Below, in pieces: positions 29,572-38,946 of a stretch of DNA of 64,000 nt. The position numbers were made by a program, and so were the translations under genes. The DNA is from a bacterium. Lineage in GTDB: Bacteria > Patescibacteriota > Saccharimonadia > Saccharimonadales > UBA4665. Where the stretch lies: assembly GCA_021803105.1 (NCBI GenBank), contig JAJZMC010000007.1:27794-91793 (forward strand), in the 5' to 3' direction. The notes beneath the pieces are model-generated. The model saw only the letters and a program-made list of their open reading frames with translations. It had not been told where the DNA came from and ran no database searches. Within the stretch, counting starts at the first letter, position 1. Each line of letters begins with the position of its first letter.

Positions 29572-30417
29572 ATGTCTAGCAATACACTCATAGCTTTCAA
29601 AAATATCGTCGACCAACCTCTTACGTCAGTAAACCCCGCAATAATATCCAGTAACAGAATTAATAATGTCGGTGATGCGCTTGAAAGCTTTGTCAAAGAT
29701 GCATATACGGGCTTATTGAATTCCAAATTAAATCAGACACAAAAAGATGAAAAATATTCTGAGATTTTTTCTTGGCTCGGTAATTCCTCCAACCCGCCCG
29801 ATTCACTTCTAAGAGCCGGTGACGGTATAGAGGTAAAAAAAATAGAGTCTCTAACATCAGATATAGCACTTAATAGTTCCTTCCCAAAAAACAAACTACA
29901 TTCTGATGACTCGCGCGTAGCAGGTGGCGCTAAACGTGCAGAAAATTGGACAGAACGAGATATTGTATATATTATTGGTACTGTCTTTAGTCAAGAACTG
30001 AGTCGCTTATGGTTTATTTATGGGGATTGTTACGCCGCATCAAAAGAAACCTATGAACGCCTTATTGAAGTTATTGGTGATGGCGTAAGAACTATCCCGG
30101 ATATTGAATTTCATGAGACTAACGAACTAGCAAAAATAAAGAAAGTAGATCCTCTAGGTATAACCGATATGAGAGTACGGGGTATGTGGCATATTCAAAA
30201 TCCATCTCGTTTATATTCAAATCTTGTAACTTCGAGTCCACAAAGACAGTATTACTTACTTATGAGAGAAGAAAAATATCAAAGTTTTCCCGAAGCTGAT
30301 AGGAGCAGCTTAGATAAACTCCATGTAAATGGTTACAGTAATTCTATTATTAAAATTCGTAATCCAGATAATCCAGCACAACTAATGAAAGCACGGTTTA
30401 TTAAATATGAAATTTAA
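29572..30417 (+). CDS. type II restriction endonuclease (candidate NgoPII/HaeIII-isoschizomer, GGCC)
   Basis: A 281-aa ORF whose 3' end overlaps the start of the C5-methyltransferase gene by 11 nt, the classic R-M operon arrangement. The nuclease call rests on this context. The size is close to what I recall for R.NgoPII. Confidence 0.6.
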   Translation: MSSNTLIAFKNIVDQPLTSVNPAIISSNRINNVGDALESFVKDAYTGLLNSKLNQTQKDEKYSEIFSWLGNSSNPPDSLLRAGDGIEVKKIESLTSDIALNSSFPKNKLHSDDSRVAGGAKRAENWTERDIVYIIGTVFSQELSRLWFIYGDCYAASKETYERLIEVIGDGVRTIPDIEFHETNELAKIKKVDPLGITDMRVRGMWHIQNPSRLYSNLVTSSPQRQYYLLMREEKYQSFPEADRSSLDKLHVNGYSNSIIKIRNPDNPAQLMKARFIKYEI

Positions 30418-31474
30418 CATTACATCATTTTTTTCTGGAGCCGGTGGATTAGACACTGGTTTTCATAATCAAGGTTTTAATATTATCTGGGCAAATGAAT
30501 ATGACAAAACAATAACACCTACCCTTAGAAAAAATTTTCCATCAACAATTATTGACGACAGAAGTTTATTCAATATTCCATCTGAAGATATCCCTGATTC
30601 TCTTGGTATTATTGGTGGTCCGCCATGTCAAAGCTGGAGCGTTGCTGGAGCTGGTAAGGGTTTAAACGACGAAAGAGGTGGAGTATTTCTAGAATATATT
30701 CGAGTAATTAGAGACAAAAAACCTCTTTTTTTTCTAGCTGAGAATGTTGCTGGAATGTTATCCTCAAGACACCAAGATTCGTTAAAGTTAATTATTAGTG
30801 AATTCAATAAATTAGGTTATTATTTTACCTATAAACTACTAAATGTCAGGGATTATGGCGTTCCAGAGGATCGCAAAAGAGTCATATTTATTGGCTATAA
30901 TAAGAAATTAGGTAAATCTTTTACTTTTCCTAAACCTGTTTCAGATAATGATAAAAAAAATCTGAAAGACGCTATATGGGATTTAAAAGATAGTGCTAAA
31001 CCCGCAAAAGCTAAAAATAAGACTAATGGCAACAATTTAAAGGTTTTAAACCACGAATACATGACTGGAGGCTTTTCTACTATGTATATGTCTAGAAATA
31101 GAGTCAGAAACTGGGATGAACCATCTTTCACGATTCAAGCGGGTGGCAGACACGCCCCAATTCATCCTCAAGCACCAAAAATGATTAAGGTAGAGACCAA
31201 TGTTCAAAAGTTTGTTCCAGACAAAGAACATTTATATCGTCGACTATCAGTACGTGAAGTAGCAAGAATACAAACATTCCCAGACGATTTTGAGTTTATC
31301 TATACCGACGTAGCTGATGGATATAAAATGGTAGGTAATGCAGTACCGATAAAATTTGCTGAAGTTATTGCTAAACAAATCAAAAAAGATCTAGATGAAT
31401 ACTATAGTATAAAAGTTTCAAAGTTAGCTCCAAAAAAAATCATTAAAAAGTGTTACAAAACTGCTACTGTATAA
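30407..31474 (+). CDS. DNA (cytosine-5) methyltransferase, M.HaeIII/M.NgoPII-like
   Basis: All C5-MTase motifs are present: I FFSGAGGLDTGF, IV GGPPCQSWS, VI ENVAGML, VIII EDRKRVIFIGY, IX LSVREVARIQTFPDDF and X GNAVP. The variable region (IWDLKD...NKTNGN...NHEY...MSRNRVRNWDEPSFTIQAGGRHAPIHPQAPKM...KEHLYRRL) closely parallels M.HaeIII as I remember it. Confidence 0.92.
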   Translation: MKFNITSFFSGAGGLDTGFHNQGFNIIWANEYDKTITPTLRKNFPSTIIDDRSLFNIPSEDIPDSLGIIGGPPCQSWSVAGAGKGLNDERGGVFLEYIRVIRDKKPLFFLAENVAGMLSSRHQDSLKLIISEFNKLGYYFTYKLLNVRDYGVPEDRKRVIFIGYNKKLGKSFTFPKPVSDNDKKNLKDAIWDLKDSAKPAKAKNKTNGNNLKVLNHEYMTGGFSTMYMSRNRVRNWDEPSFTIQAGGRHAPIHPQAPKMIKVETNVQKFVPDKEHLYRRLSVREVARIQTFPDDFEFIYTDVADGYKMVGNAVPIKFAEVIAKQIKKDLDEYYSIKVSKLAPKKIIKKCYKTATV

Positions 31475-31757
31475 TAACTAAACATCCTAGTTTACTAAAA
31501 GTATACTCATATCCCGACTTCAACAATAAATACTACTTATTTAGGGTCTCTATAACTGAAGTTGGAGGTTATTTTACCAAATTATTATGCGGTATCTCGA
31601 TAATTACGTTAGTGTGCCGAAATTAAGCACATGCTATCTGTTAACAGCTCCAAAACAAGATCTTGTGGTCAAGTCAGGTAATTGTCTAACTACTATTGAT
31701 TAAGACAATTAATTAATCTAACATCTTAAACATTTCATTATAATGTAAAATGTATCT

Positions 31758-32216
31758 ATGGATAACAATGAAAAAACTGAACTTCTACTAAAAGCGGAAA
31801 ACTATGACAAATTTAAAGATGAAATCGGCAAAGAATATGTAAATAACATACGCTATTTAAAGACAGATCTCAGTTCATGGTTTAACGCATTAACGGCAGC
31901 TAGTTTTACAGTTGGTGCAATAGCAATCACAATAGGATCCGACAAGACTGTGAATTCTGGCATTTCTCATCCTGACTACTTTTGGTGGGGAACATTTTTA
32001 TTAATATTGGACGGAGTTCTGATATTCCTTCTTAAAAAACACGATATTGAAAACAATCTTAATGAAATGCCTCAATTAACCGAATCAAAAGCAGATTATT
32101 GGGAATTAAGAAACCTTACAATTGAAAAATCTAATGATAATAACATGAATAATAGTCGACTAGAAACTTTAGAAAAAAACGTAATTAGAGATTATGAAGA
32201 ACTTATTAAAAAATAG
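31758..32216 (+). CDS. hypothetical two-TM membrane protein
   Basis: It is 152 aa with two hydrophobic helices (FNALTAASFTVGAIAITIG and WWGTFLLILDGVLIFLL) and a charged C-terminus. A further ~59-codon hydrophobic ORF follows at ~32301-32480. Confidence 0.45.
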   Translation: MDNNEKTELLLKAENYDKFKDEIGKEYVNNIRYLKTDLSSWFNALTAASFTVGAIAITIGSDKTVNSGISHPDYFWWGTFLLILDGVLIFLLKKHDIENNLNEMPQLTESKADYWELRNLTIEKSNDNNMNNSRLETLEKNVIRDYEELIKK

Positions 32217-32558
32217 TCCTGGTATAAATGGATAAAAAAAGACAACCCAAGCGGCTACAACTGATATTGTTTTTGGCTTATTTTTATTCCCAATTATTCT
32301 TATGCTATCTCAAATAATACATAAACTACATATCTCAATGAATTTTTATACGCTAATATTACAGGCATTATTAATTCTCTATATAATTTATACTATCCGT
32401 GGTGGCATTATTGGAGTGAAAGCAATAAAAAAACAACAGGCAACTGAACAAAGAATAAAAAAACTAGTTATTAAAAAATAACAAATAATCTTATAAGTTA
32501 TTAATTAGATATTTAAAAAATTAATCATGATTTTTTGTTTGACAAAATTTTAACTCTT

Positions 32559-32987
32559 TTATTCTTTATCTATAAATTTCACAGTATAATTCTTCCTGGA
32601 ATTAACTTTCACTAAATCGGTCACATTCTTATTTCCATCATCCTCTAACAATAACGTTCTCCCAGACATTGGTTCTTGTGGTTCAATAGCGGTTATCCGT
32701 ATATAGAAGTTATAGCTTGGTAGATTAGTTATTTCTCCTTCTTCTAGGAATGGTTTAAATAAAGGAAGTATTAACTGTTCATCTAATGGACTCCCAGTTC
32801 TAAAGACCACTACTGTTCCAACATTAGCTAGAATTATATTAACCATTCTTTGTTCTTCTTGTTGAGAAGTAGATTGTTCAACCATAATTAGATATAACTT
32901 ATACTTTCTAGCCTCAGATAACATTTGCACAAATGAAGTAGTGGCAAAGTTCTGAAACTCATCAACATAGAGAAAGAAATAAAAATC
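32559..32987 (-). pseudogene. 3' remnant of a second VirD4/TraD-like ATPase gene (starts at the Walker B region)
   Basis: Hand translation from 32987 gives DFYFFLYVDEFQNFATTSFVQMLSEARKYKLYLIMVEQSTSQQEEQRMVNIILANVGTVVVFRTGSP...LLLEDDGN.... This is colinear with PFYLYVDEFQNFATISFVQLLSEARKYKLFLTMAEQSTAQQEEKRLVDIMLANVGTVICFRSGSP...VLLEDNGS of the 864-aa protein. No N-terminal two-thirds is present. Confidence 0.8.
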
Positions 32988-34838
32988 TTAATTAGTTAAT
33001 AAGAGCCTATTCATGAAATATTTTTCCAGTTCTTTGTCTTGAAAATAGACATAGCAACCCCTCATTCCCCTAGTCATTAAGACTTTATAGATGTTACGGA
33101 CTAGTCTATTCAACTCTTCGGGCTTATCTTTCATACCTTGTTTACCAGTTATATCTTTGTAATTGGTATAAGCGGTGCTAAATTGATTCTTATTTGGGTT
33201 AAAATTTAAATCATCCCCGATGATTACCCCAACATAGTCAAATTCCAATCCCTGTGATGTATGTATGCAACCAACTTGGTTAATACCTCGCTCATCAATC
33301 GCCCAGGTTGTGCCGACCTTACGCGAGTTCCAGGGCATCCTAAAATCGAATTCTGGTATGGTTATGTCTTCAACCTCGCCGTCTTGATTTCCACTGGAGG
33401 CCGATGTCCACATCCATGAATATCCAGCAAGCATACGGGCAGAGAAATTTTCAGATTTTTTATTTATCTCATCTCGCATGTCATTTGGATTGTTAAAAAT
33501 TCTAAAATCAAAGCTCTTTTTATCCCAACCATTGTAGTTCGCTGTTTCCTTTAATTGGAGAACATCATTAAGCCAATTAATATATCCTTCTGCTCCAGCA
33601 CATCTAAATTGTGCCGTTAGTTCCATTTCATATATTTTGGCGTTCTGATCCTCGGCAATTCTTTTAAGCTCTTTTATAGTGCCAATGTCTTCTGGTCTTA
33701 CTGCTTGATCATCGTCTATGAAAAAAATCGATGTTCTAGCCGCCTTAATTACATCCTCGACTTGGTTAGCACCTTTATACATGAATGCTCCCTTATTTTT
33801 GAGCCTATGCGCTTCATCAATAATCAGGGCATCAAATTCATCTTCTTTAGCATCATAAAATGAAGCTGATCCCTTGAATATATTGCGAATTCTCTGGGCT
33901 GAGTGTTCTTGAGTTAATCTTTTAACCAATGTATTTCTAAATGAAGAATTAGGAGCTACAAAAATTGCATTAAGATTATCTTTTAGCAAAGCGCTAATTA
34001 AATTTACTGAAACTACGGATTTACCAGTGCCAGGACCACCCTGAATAATGACGACTGATTTTTCTTTTTTATTGGCTATCAACCGAGCGGTCTCAAAGGC
34101 AACTTTTTGTTCATCTAATAATATATAATTCTGATTGCCCTTAAACATACTAGCGACATGATCAATGAGTTTTTTAGAAGGTCGAATCTTACCATTATTT
34201 ATTTCGTATAGGATATCCATTCCGTTGCCATATTTAACGTATTTGGCCAAAAAATCTTCGAGTTTTGATTGATCATCTCTGAAGTAAATTGGAGATTTAT
34301 CTATAACTGTTGTGTACTTATCTTCCAGTAATGGCTCGGGTTGTTTCTCTAGATAATTGTGTAAATAAGCACAGGAATAGGCACTTACGCTTCCGCTATA
34401 GATAGTCTCATTAAAATCAGACATAAAGTCTTTGTATCTCATCGCTTGATAACTGGGGTGAGTAACTACTCGTGGTGCACCCCCAGTATATGATTCTACA
34501 AGGCCATCACCATCAACCGAAGATGCTTTTTGCCACTGTTTTAACTCAACAATTACAAAGTTTTTATTGCCTTGATCATCATGTCCAGAGATTACAAAAT
34601 CTATTCTAAAATTAGTCAGAGGTATTTTGTATTCAATTAAAACCCCGCAGTCCTCAGCAACTTCAGATCGCTTTACTACCATTCCCATGCGTGGTAATGA
34701 ATTTTGATATGCGGTAACTTCACCAGGAGGTATGCTTCTTCCGAGTTTTTCTTGAAATGCCGTCTCGATCTGTGTCATGAGAGAGTTTGATTCAACATCC
34801 TCCATAAATCTTCTGGCGGTAGCTTCATAAACTATCAT
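32988..34838 (-). CDS. DUF2075/Schlafen-helicase-type P-loop NTPase with an N-terminal PD-(D/E)xK-like nuclease domain
   Basis: It is 616 aa. The N-terminal part has FRIDFVISGHDD...FVIVELKQW (a D...E-x-K pattern). Walker A is QGGPGTGKSV and Walker B is ALIIDEAHRL. The overall layout is what I associate with DUF2075 proteins. Its start overlaps the MazG-like stop (ATGA). Confidence 0.7.
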   Translation of the reverse strand: MIVYEATARRFMEDVESNSLMTQIETAFQEKLGRSIPPGEVTAYQNSLPRMGMVVKRSEVAEDCGVLIEYKIPLTNFRIDFVISGHDDQGNKNFVIVELKQWQKASSVDGDGLVESYTGGAPRVVTHPSYQAMRYKDFMSDFNETIYSGSVSAYSCAYLHNYLEKQPEPLLEDKYTTVIDKSPIYFRDDQSKLEDFLAKYVKYGNGMDILYEINNGKIRPSKKLIDHVASMFKGNQNYILLDEQKVAFETARLIANKKEKSVVIIQGGPGTGKSVVSVNLISALLKDNLNAIFVAPNSSFRNTLVKRLTQEHSAQRIRNIFKGSASFYDAKEDEFDALIIDEAHRLKNKGAFMYKGANQVEDVIKAARTSIFFIDDDQAVRPEDIGTIKELKRIAEDQNAKIYEMELTAQFRCAGAEGYINWLNDVLQLKETANYNGWDKKSFDFRIFNNPNDMRDEINKKSENFSARMLAGYSWMWTSASSGNQDGEVEDITIPEFDFRMPWNSRKVGTTWAIDERGINQVGCIHTSQGLEFDYVGVIIGDDLNFNPNKNQFSTAYTNYKDITGKQGMKDKPEELNRLVRNIYKVLMTRGMRGCYVYFQDKELEKYFMNRLLLTN

Positions 34839-35194
34839 TTGTTTTCAAGTTCCGTATATTTTAGGTGATTACCTTTAGCTTTATGGACCGGATATTTAAT
34901 TTCATTTTTAATCATTTTACTGTCTAATGCCTGCCTCAAATCTATGTCTAAGTCATTTGCTATTAATAATACCCAATACAAAACATCAGCCAGCTCATCC
35001 GCAATATCTTTTTTTTTGTTTTTTAAGTGTGCTTCTATCTCTTCATTATTCTTCCACTGAAAATGTTCTAAGAATTCAGTTGATTCTAATACGAGCGAGA
35101 TAGCCATATCTTTAGGATTATGGAATTGTTTCCAATTACGATCGTCTCGAAACTTAATTATTCTTTTAGCTAAATTTTCGAAATTGCTTTTCAT
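34835..35194 (-). CDS. MazG-like nucleoside triphosphate pyrophosphohydrolase (small all-alpha type)
   Basis: It is 119 aa. RDDRNWKQFHNPKDMAISLVLESTEFLEHFQW...ELADVLYWVLLIANDLDIDL matches the EExxE/D-bearing helices of the small MazG/YpjD/DCTPP1-like family. Confidence 0.75.
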   Translation of the reverse strand: MKSNFENLAKRIIKFRDDRNWKQFHNPKDMAISLVLESTEFLEHFQWKNNEEIEAHLKNKKKDIADELADVLYWVLLIANDLDIDLRQALDSKMIKNEIKYPVHKAKGNHLKYTELENK

Positions 35195-35448
35195 TGTTTT
35201 CCCTAAGTTGTATTTTATAAGTTTCCTGTCAATAATTATAATCCAAAATTAATATTTTTAATAAGTCTGGTCATCATTTTATTAAACTGAATTATTATCA
35301 GATAAACAAAAATATGTAACAAAATAGACGAGTATGGACTTATCAGACACACAAAATAAGCTAACTCGTCATCGTGATAACATTAATATATCAAAAAATA
35401 CTTGAAAATCAATAATTATATCAAACGTTACTTGTTTTTATCAACCGC

Positions 35449-38043
35449 TTACTTATTCTTGCTAAATTTACCCTTAGTTCTCTGATTATTTGATTTACGT
35501 TTTTTACTAGCTTGATAGTTTTTAATTGGTATATCACTAACAATTTTCTCTTCCGGCTGAACATATAATTTGGCATAACTATCTCTTGATGTCTCAACAA
35601 CTCTTCCAGCTACTTCTTCACTCCCATTATCTTCAAGTAAGACCGTCTCCCCAGACAAAGGTTCTAAGACACTAACAGCTCTCAGTCTCATATAAAAGCT
35701 ATAAGCTGGCAAGTTAGCTATATCACCTTGATCTAGTTGTGGTTTAAAGATAGGTAGTAATAGTTTTTCATCTTGTGGACTACCTGATCTAAAACAAATA
35801 ACTGTCCCAACGTTAGCTAGCATAATATCAACTAGTCTTTTTTCTTCTTGTTGAGCAGTCGATTGTTCTGCCATAGTAAGAAATAACTTATACTTTCTAG
35901 CTTCACTAAGTAATTGAACGAAACTAATTGTTGCAAAGTTTTGAAATTCATCAACATAAAGATAAAAAGGAGTCCTGCTGTCTTCTCCTAGTCTAGCTCG
36001 TCTAAGGGCAGATAACTGCAACTTAGCTAGAACACTAATACCAAGTAGAGTAGAGGTATCTTCTCCAATATGACCCTTAGCAAAGTTACAGATAAGTATC
36101 TTACTATCCTGAATAATATCATCAAAGTTAATAGTAGATTTAGCTTGTTCTAGTATTCTTCTACTAACAACTGATCTTTGGAATCTACCAAGCTTAGCAT
36201 TAACACCACTACTCATCTTTATTTTCTGGTAATCACCAGCACTATTAAATTCACCAGCCCAGAAGTCTTTTAAATCTTCATCAGTTAGTTTATCTACTAC
36301 TGATCTTCTAAACTTACTATTAGTGAGTAGCTTATAGACAGTAAATAAAGTAGCATCAGGAACAGTAAAAGCTGTATGAATAGTATTTCGAAGGAAATGT
36401 TCAATTCGATGACCACCATGATCATCCTCAGAAAATATTTTTCGAAAAACCGATATAACAGCTTCCGTGATAAAATCTTGTTCTAGTAGTAGTTCATCTT
36501 CACTTAAACCTTTTGGTTGTTCAAGCAAATTAAGTCCAATCGGATGAGCTATATCTCTTGGATTAAAGTAAATAACGTCTTTTATTCTACTCTCTGGAAT
36601 ATACTTTAGGATTGACTCGGCTAGATCACCATGAGGATCAATTACAGCCACACCTTTACCAGCTTTAATATCTGAAATAATTGCTGATTTAATCATAGTT
36701 GTTTTACCGTTACCACTACCACCTAAGATATAGACATGACGCTGTCTTTCTTCTTCTGTTAGTCCAACTAGATTATCATGATCATGGTAGTGATTTATCC
36801 CGTAGATAACATCAAAACTATCACTAGTTGATCTATTTTTAATAGCCAGTGGAACAGGTAAGACCTTAGATAATGATTTAACTACTTCATTACTATTACT
36901 ACCAAGACTTGGGAAGTGATAAATACTAGCTAACTCTTGGCTAGATAATATAGAAGAACTACTAGTTAAAATTGATGGTAATCGTCCACTATAAACATCC
37001 AGTTTATATTTCCAGGCAAAAGACTGACTAGTATTTTTTCTAATTATTATTTCCTGATAACCAGGAACATTAAATAAAGACAGAGCACTACTTAAACCTT
37101 TGATTCTTTGTTTGTAATTATCTCCAATAGCTAGGATTCTAATATCGACATAAAATAAGGGTTGATCTAATTTATCATAGATTGAAGTAATAACGTGTTT
37201 GGTAGTTGATGACAAACTTGGTGTTTTACTTGTTTTTAAGTATTTAGAATCTTTAAATATAAAGTGCAGAATAATATCTACTAATGTCACACTACTTACA
37301 AAAAGTAGTCTAATTAATCTAAATAGCCAGAAACCTTTACGTCGGTTAATACTACCGTCTTTACCAGCAAGTAGTTTTTTTCGGATCTTACTACTAGTCG
37401 AAACATCAACTGGTGAAGTAACTAGTTGCAGAGCAATGATCTCATCATCAGCTGGTGAAACCATTGATCCAGTAATAAAAGATAAGACATCATTAGTCTT
37501 AGTAGCTAGGGGATAAGCGTAGTGAGCTGACTGACAAAACTCAACTATTTGACAGTTAGAACTAGTTAAATCTCTAGGTAGATAATCTGGTATTTCTTTT
37601 ATCTGAATCTCTGGCATAAAAGATTCAAGTAACTGTTTAAACAAGAAAGAGTAGTCCTCATTTAGTCCAGCAATGAATCTAATACCATCACGTTTAGTTG
37701 ATACTAGTTCTAGTGATATAATCTTTCTTCGTCTTAGTAACTTATCTTTTAGCGAAACTTTATTAGTTAGTCCATAAATACTATTAAAAAACTTAGCTAC
37801 TTCATTAGTAGTTTTATTGTTACTATAAGGCGTCGTTAATTCTAAAAATATAACTGAGCCTTTTTTAAGATGAATGTAGTCTAGAGTATCTAATATTTTA
37901 TTAATGATACTAGCTAGTATTAATCTATATAAAATAATAAAAACAATAACAATAAAGGCAAAATTAATAAAAAAAGTCAAAAGAGAAGTACCAAAGATTT
38001 GCTGAAACAGATTGTAATGAATAACTGCTATAACTTCTAGCAT
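35449..38043 (-). CDS. VirD4/TraD(TrwB)-like type IV secretion coupling-protein-like P-loop ATPase
   Basis: It is 864 aa with N-terminal TM helices. Walker A is GGSGNGKTT, followed by AVIDPHGD, and Walker B is YLYVDEFQNF. It is colinear with the 1005-aa protein at 51812-54829. Confidence 0.7.
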   Translation of the reverse strand: MLEVIAVIHYNLFQQIFGTSLLTFFINFAFIVIVFIILYRLILASIINKILDTLDYIHLKKGSVIFLELTTPYSNNKTTNEVAKFFNSIYGLTNKVSLKDKLLRRRKIISLELVSTKRDGIRFIAGLNEDYSFLFKQLLESFMPEIQIKEIPDYLPRDLTSSNCQIVEFCQSAHYAYPLATKTNDVLSFITGSMVSPADDEIIALQLVTSPVDVSTSSKIRKKLLAGKDGSINRRKGFWLFRLIRLLFVSSVTLVDIILHFIFKDSKYLKTSKTPSLSSTTKHVITSIYDKLDQPLFYVDIRILAIGDNYKQRIKGLSSALSLFNVPGYQEIIIRKNTSQSFAWKYKLDVYSGRLPSILTSSSSILSSQELASIYHFPSLGSNSNEVVKSLSKVLPVPLAIKNRSTSDSFDVIYGINHYHDHDNLVGLTEEERQRHVYILGGSGNGKTTMIKSAIISDIKAGKGVAVIDPHGDLAESILKYIPESRIKDVIYFNPRDIAHPIGLNLLEQPKGLSEDELLLEQDFITEAVISVFRKIFSEDDHGGHRIEHFLRNTIHTAFTVPDATLFTVYKLLTNSKFRRSVVDKLTDEDLKDFWAGEFNSAGDYQKIKMSSGVNAKLGRFQRSVVSRRILEQAKSTINFDDIIQDSKILICNFAKGHIGEDTSTLLGISVLAKLQLSALRRARLGEDSRTPFYLYVDEFQNFATISFVQLLSEARKYKLFLTMAEQSTAQQEEKRLVDIMLANVGTVICFRSGSPQDEKLLLPIFKPQLDQGDIANLPAYSFYMRLRAVSVLEPLSGETVLLEDNGSEEVAGRVVETSRDSYAKLYVQPEEKIVSDIPIKNYQASKKRKSNNQRTKGKFSKNK

Positions 38044-38946
38044 GATTCCTCTTATTTCACCACTGTTTGGACGGTATTGTAACTGATTAGATTTATATTA
38101 GCAAATATATTTTAATAATTACTTATTTTTCAGTGTTACGAATGTATAATAATATTAGAAATAAAGTAAAATTATCTTACGAAATAAAATTTAAAGTACA
38201 TGAGCACTAAGCATTCTATCGCAGGAGTTAAAAGATAATGGGGCGCACTAAAGGATCAACGAATAAAGAGCGTCCGGTACCATGGCCTATGAATTTATCT
38301 AGGAAAGATCGGCTGGAGTTAATAGCTAATATTATAGTCGATAAGATCATTGAGATCAGAGAAACGGAGGCCCATTGCTAAAAAAAATTGAAGCTCAACA
38401 AAAAATATCAAAAAAGTCAGATTATAAATAACCATTAAACCATCTGTATAAATTAACATATAGGGTTTCTATTTTCTCACATACCTAAAAGACTCAGGTG
38501 TATATGAAACTTTCAAAGCATTCTAAAGTGCTACAATATACTTATGAATCAAAAAATATCTAAACCTAAACACCTTAGTAAACAGCAGGAAGAGCTTATC
38601 GATCAAATAACAAAAATATCAAAGATCCTGTGCGGTCAGTCAACGCTAAAGGAATGATAAGAGAAGCAATGAGTGGGAATAAAGAGCTAGCGGATATTAT
38701 ACATAGGATGATTGTCTCAGCGCTGAATGAACAAAAACAAACTATTTCGTAAAATTATTTACAGTAGATCAAACTATAGAATCAAAAGATAAACAATAGT
38801 TGTATAAATGTAGTCTAAACAAAGATTATAAGAACCTTTAAATAAATTTAATATTTTATTGATAACATAACAAAATTATAAATTAACGAATACTATACTT
38901 TATAAATAGTACAAATTACCTAAATAATCAAGACTTTTATGGCAAT

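Noticed and set aside
32221-32480. Possible continuation of the 31758-32216 gene through a frameshift in the A-run near 32232
   Set aside because: The downstream hydrophobic frame is separated from the upstream ORF by stops in all frames, and I could not reconstruct a convincing single protein. It may be an independent ~59-codon membrane peptide, but the evidence is too thin to annotate.
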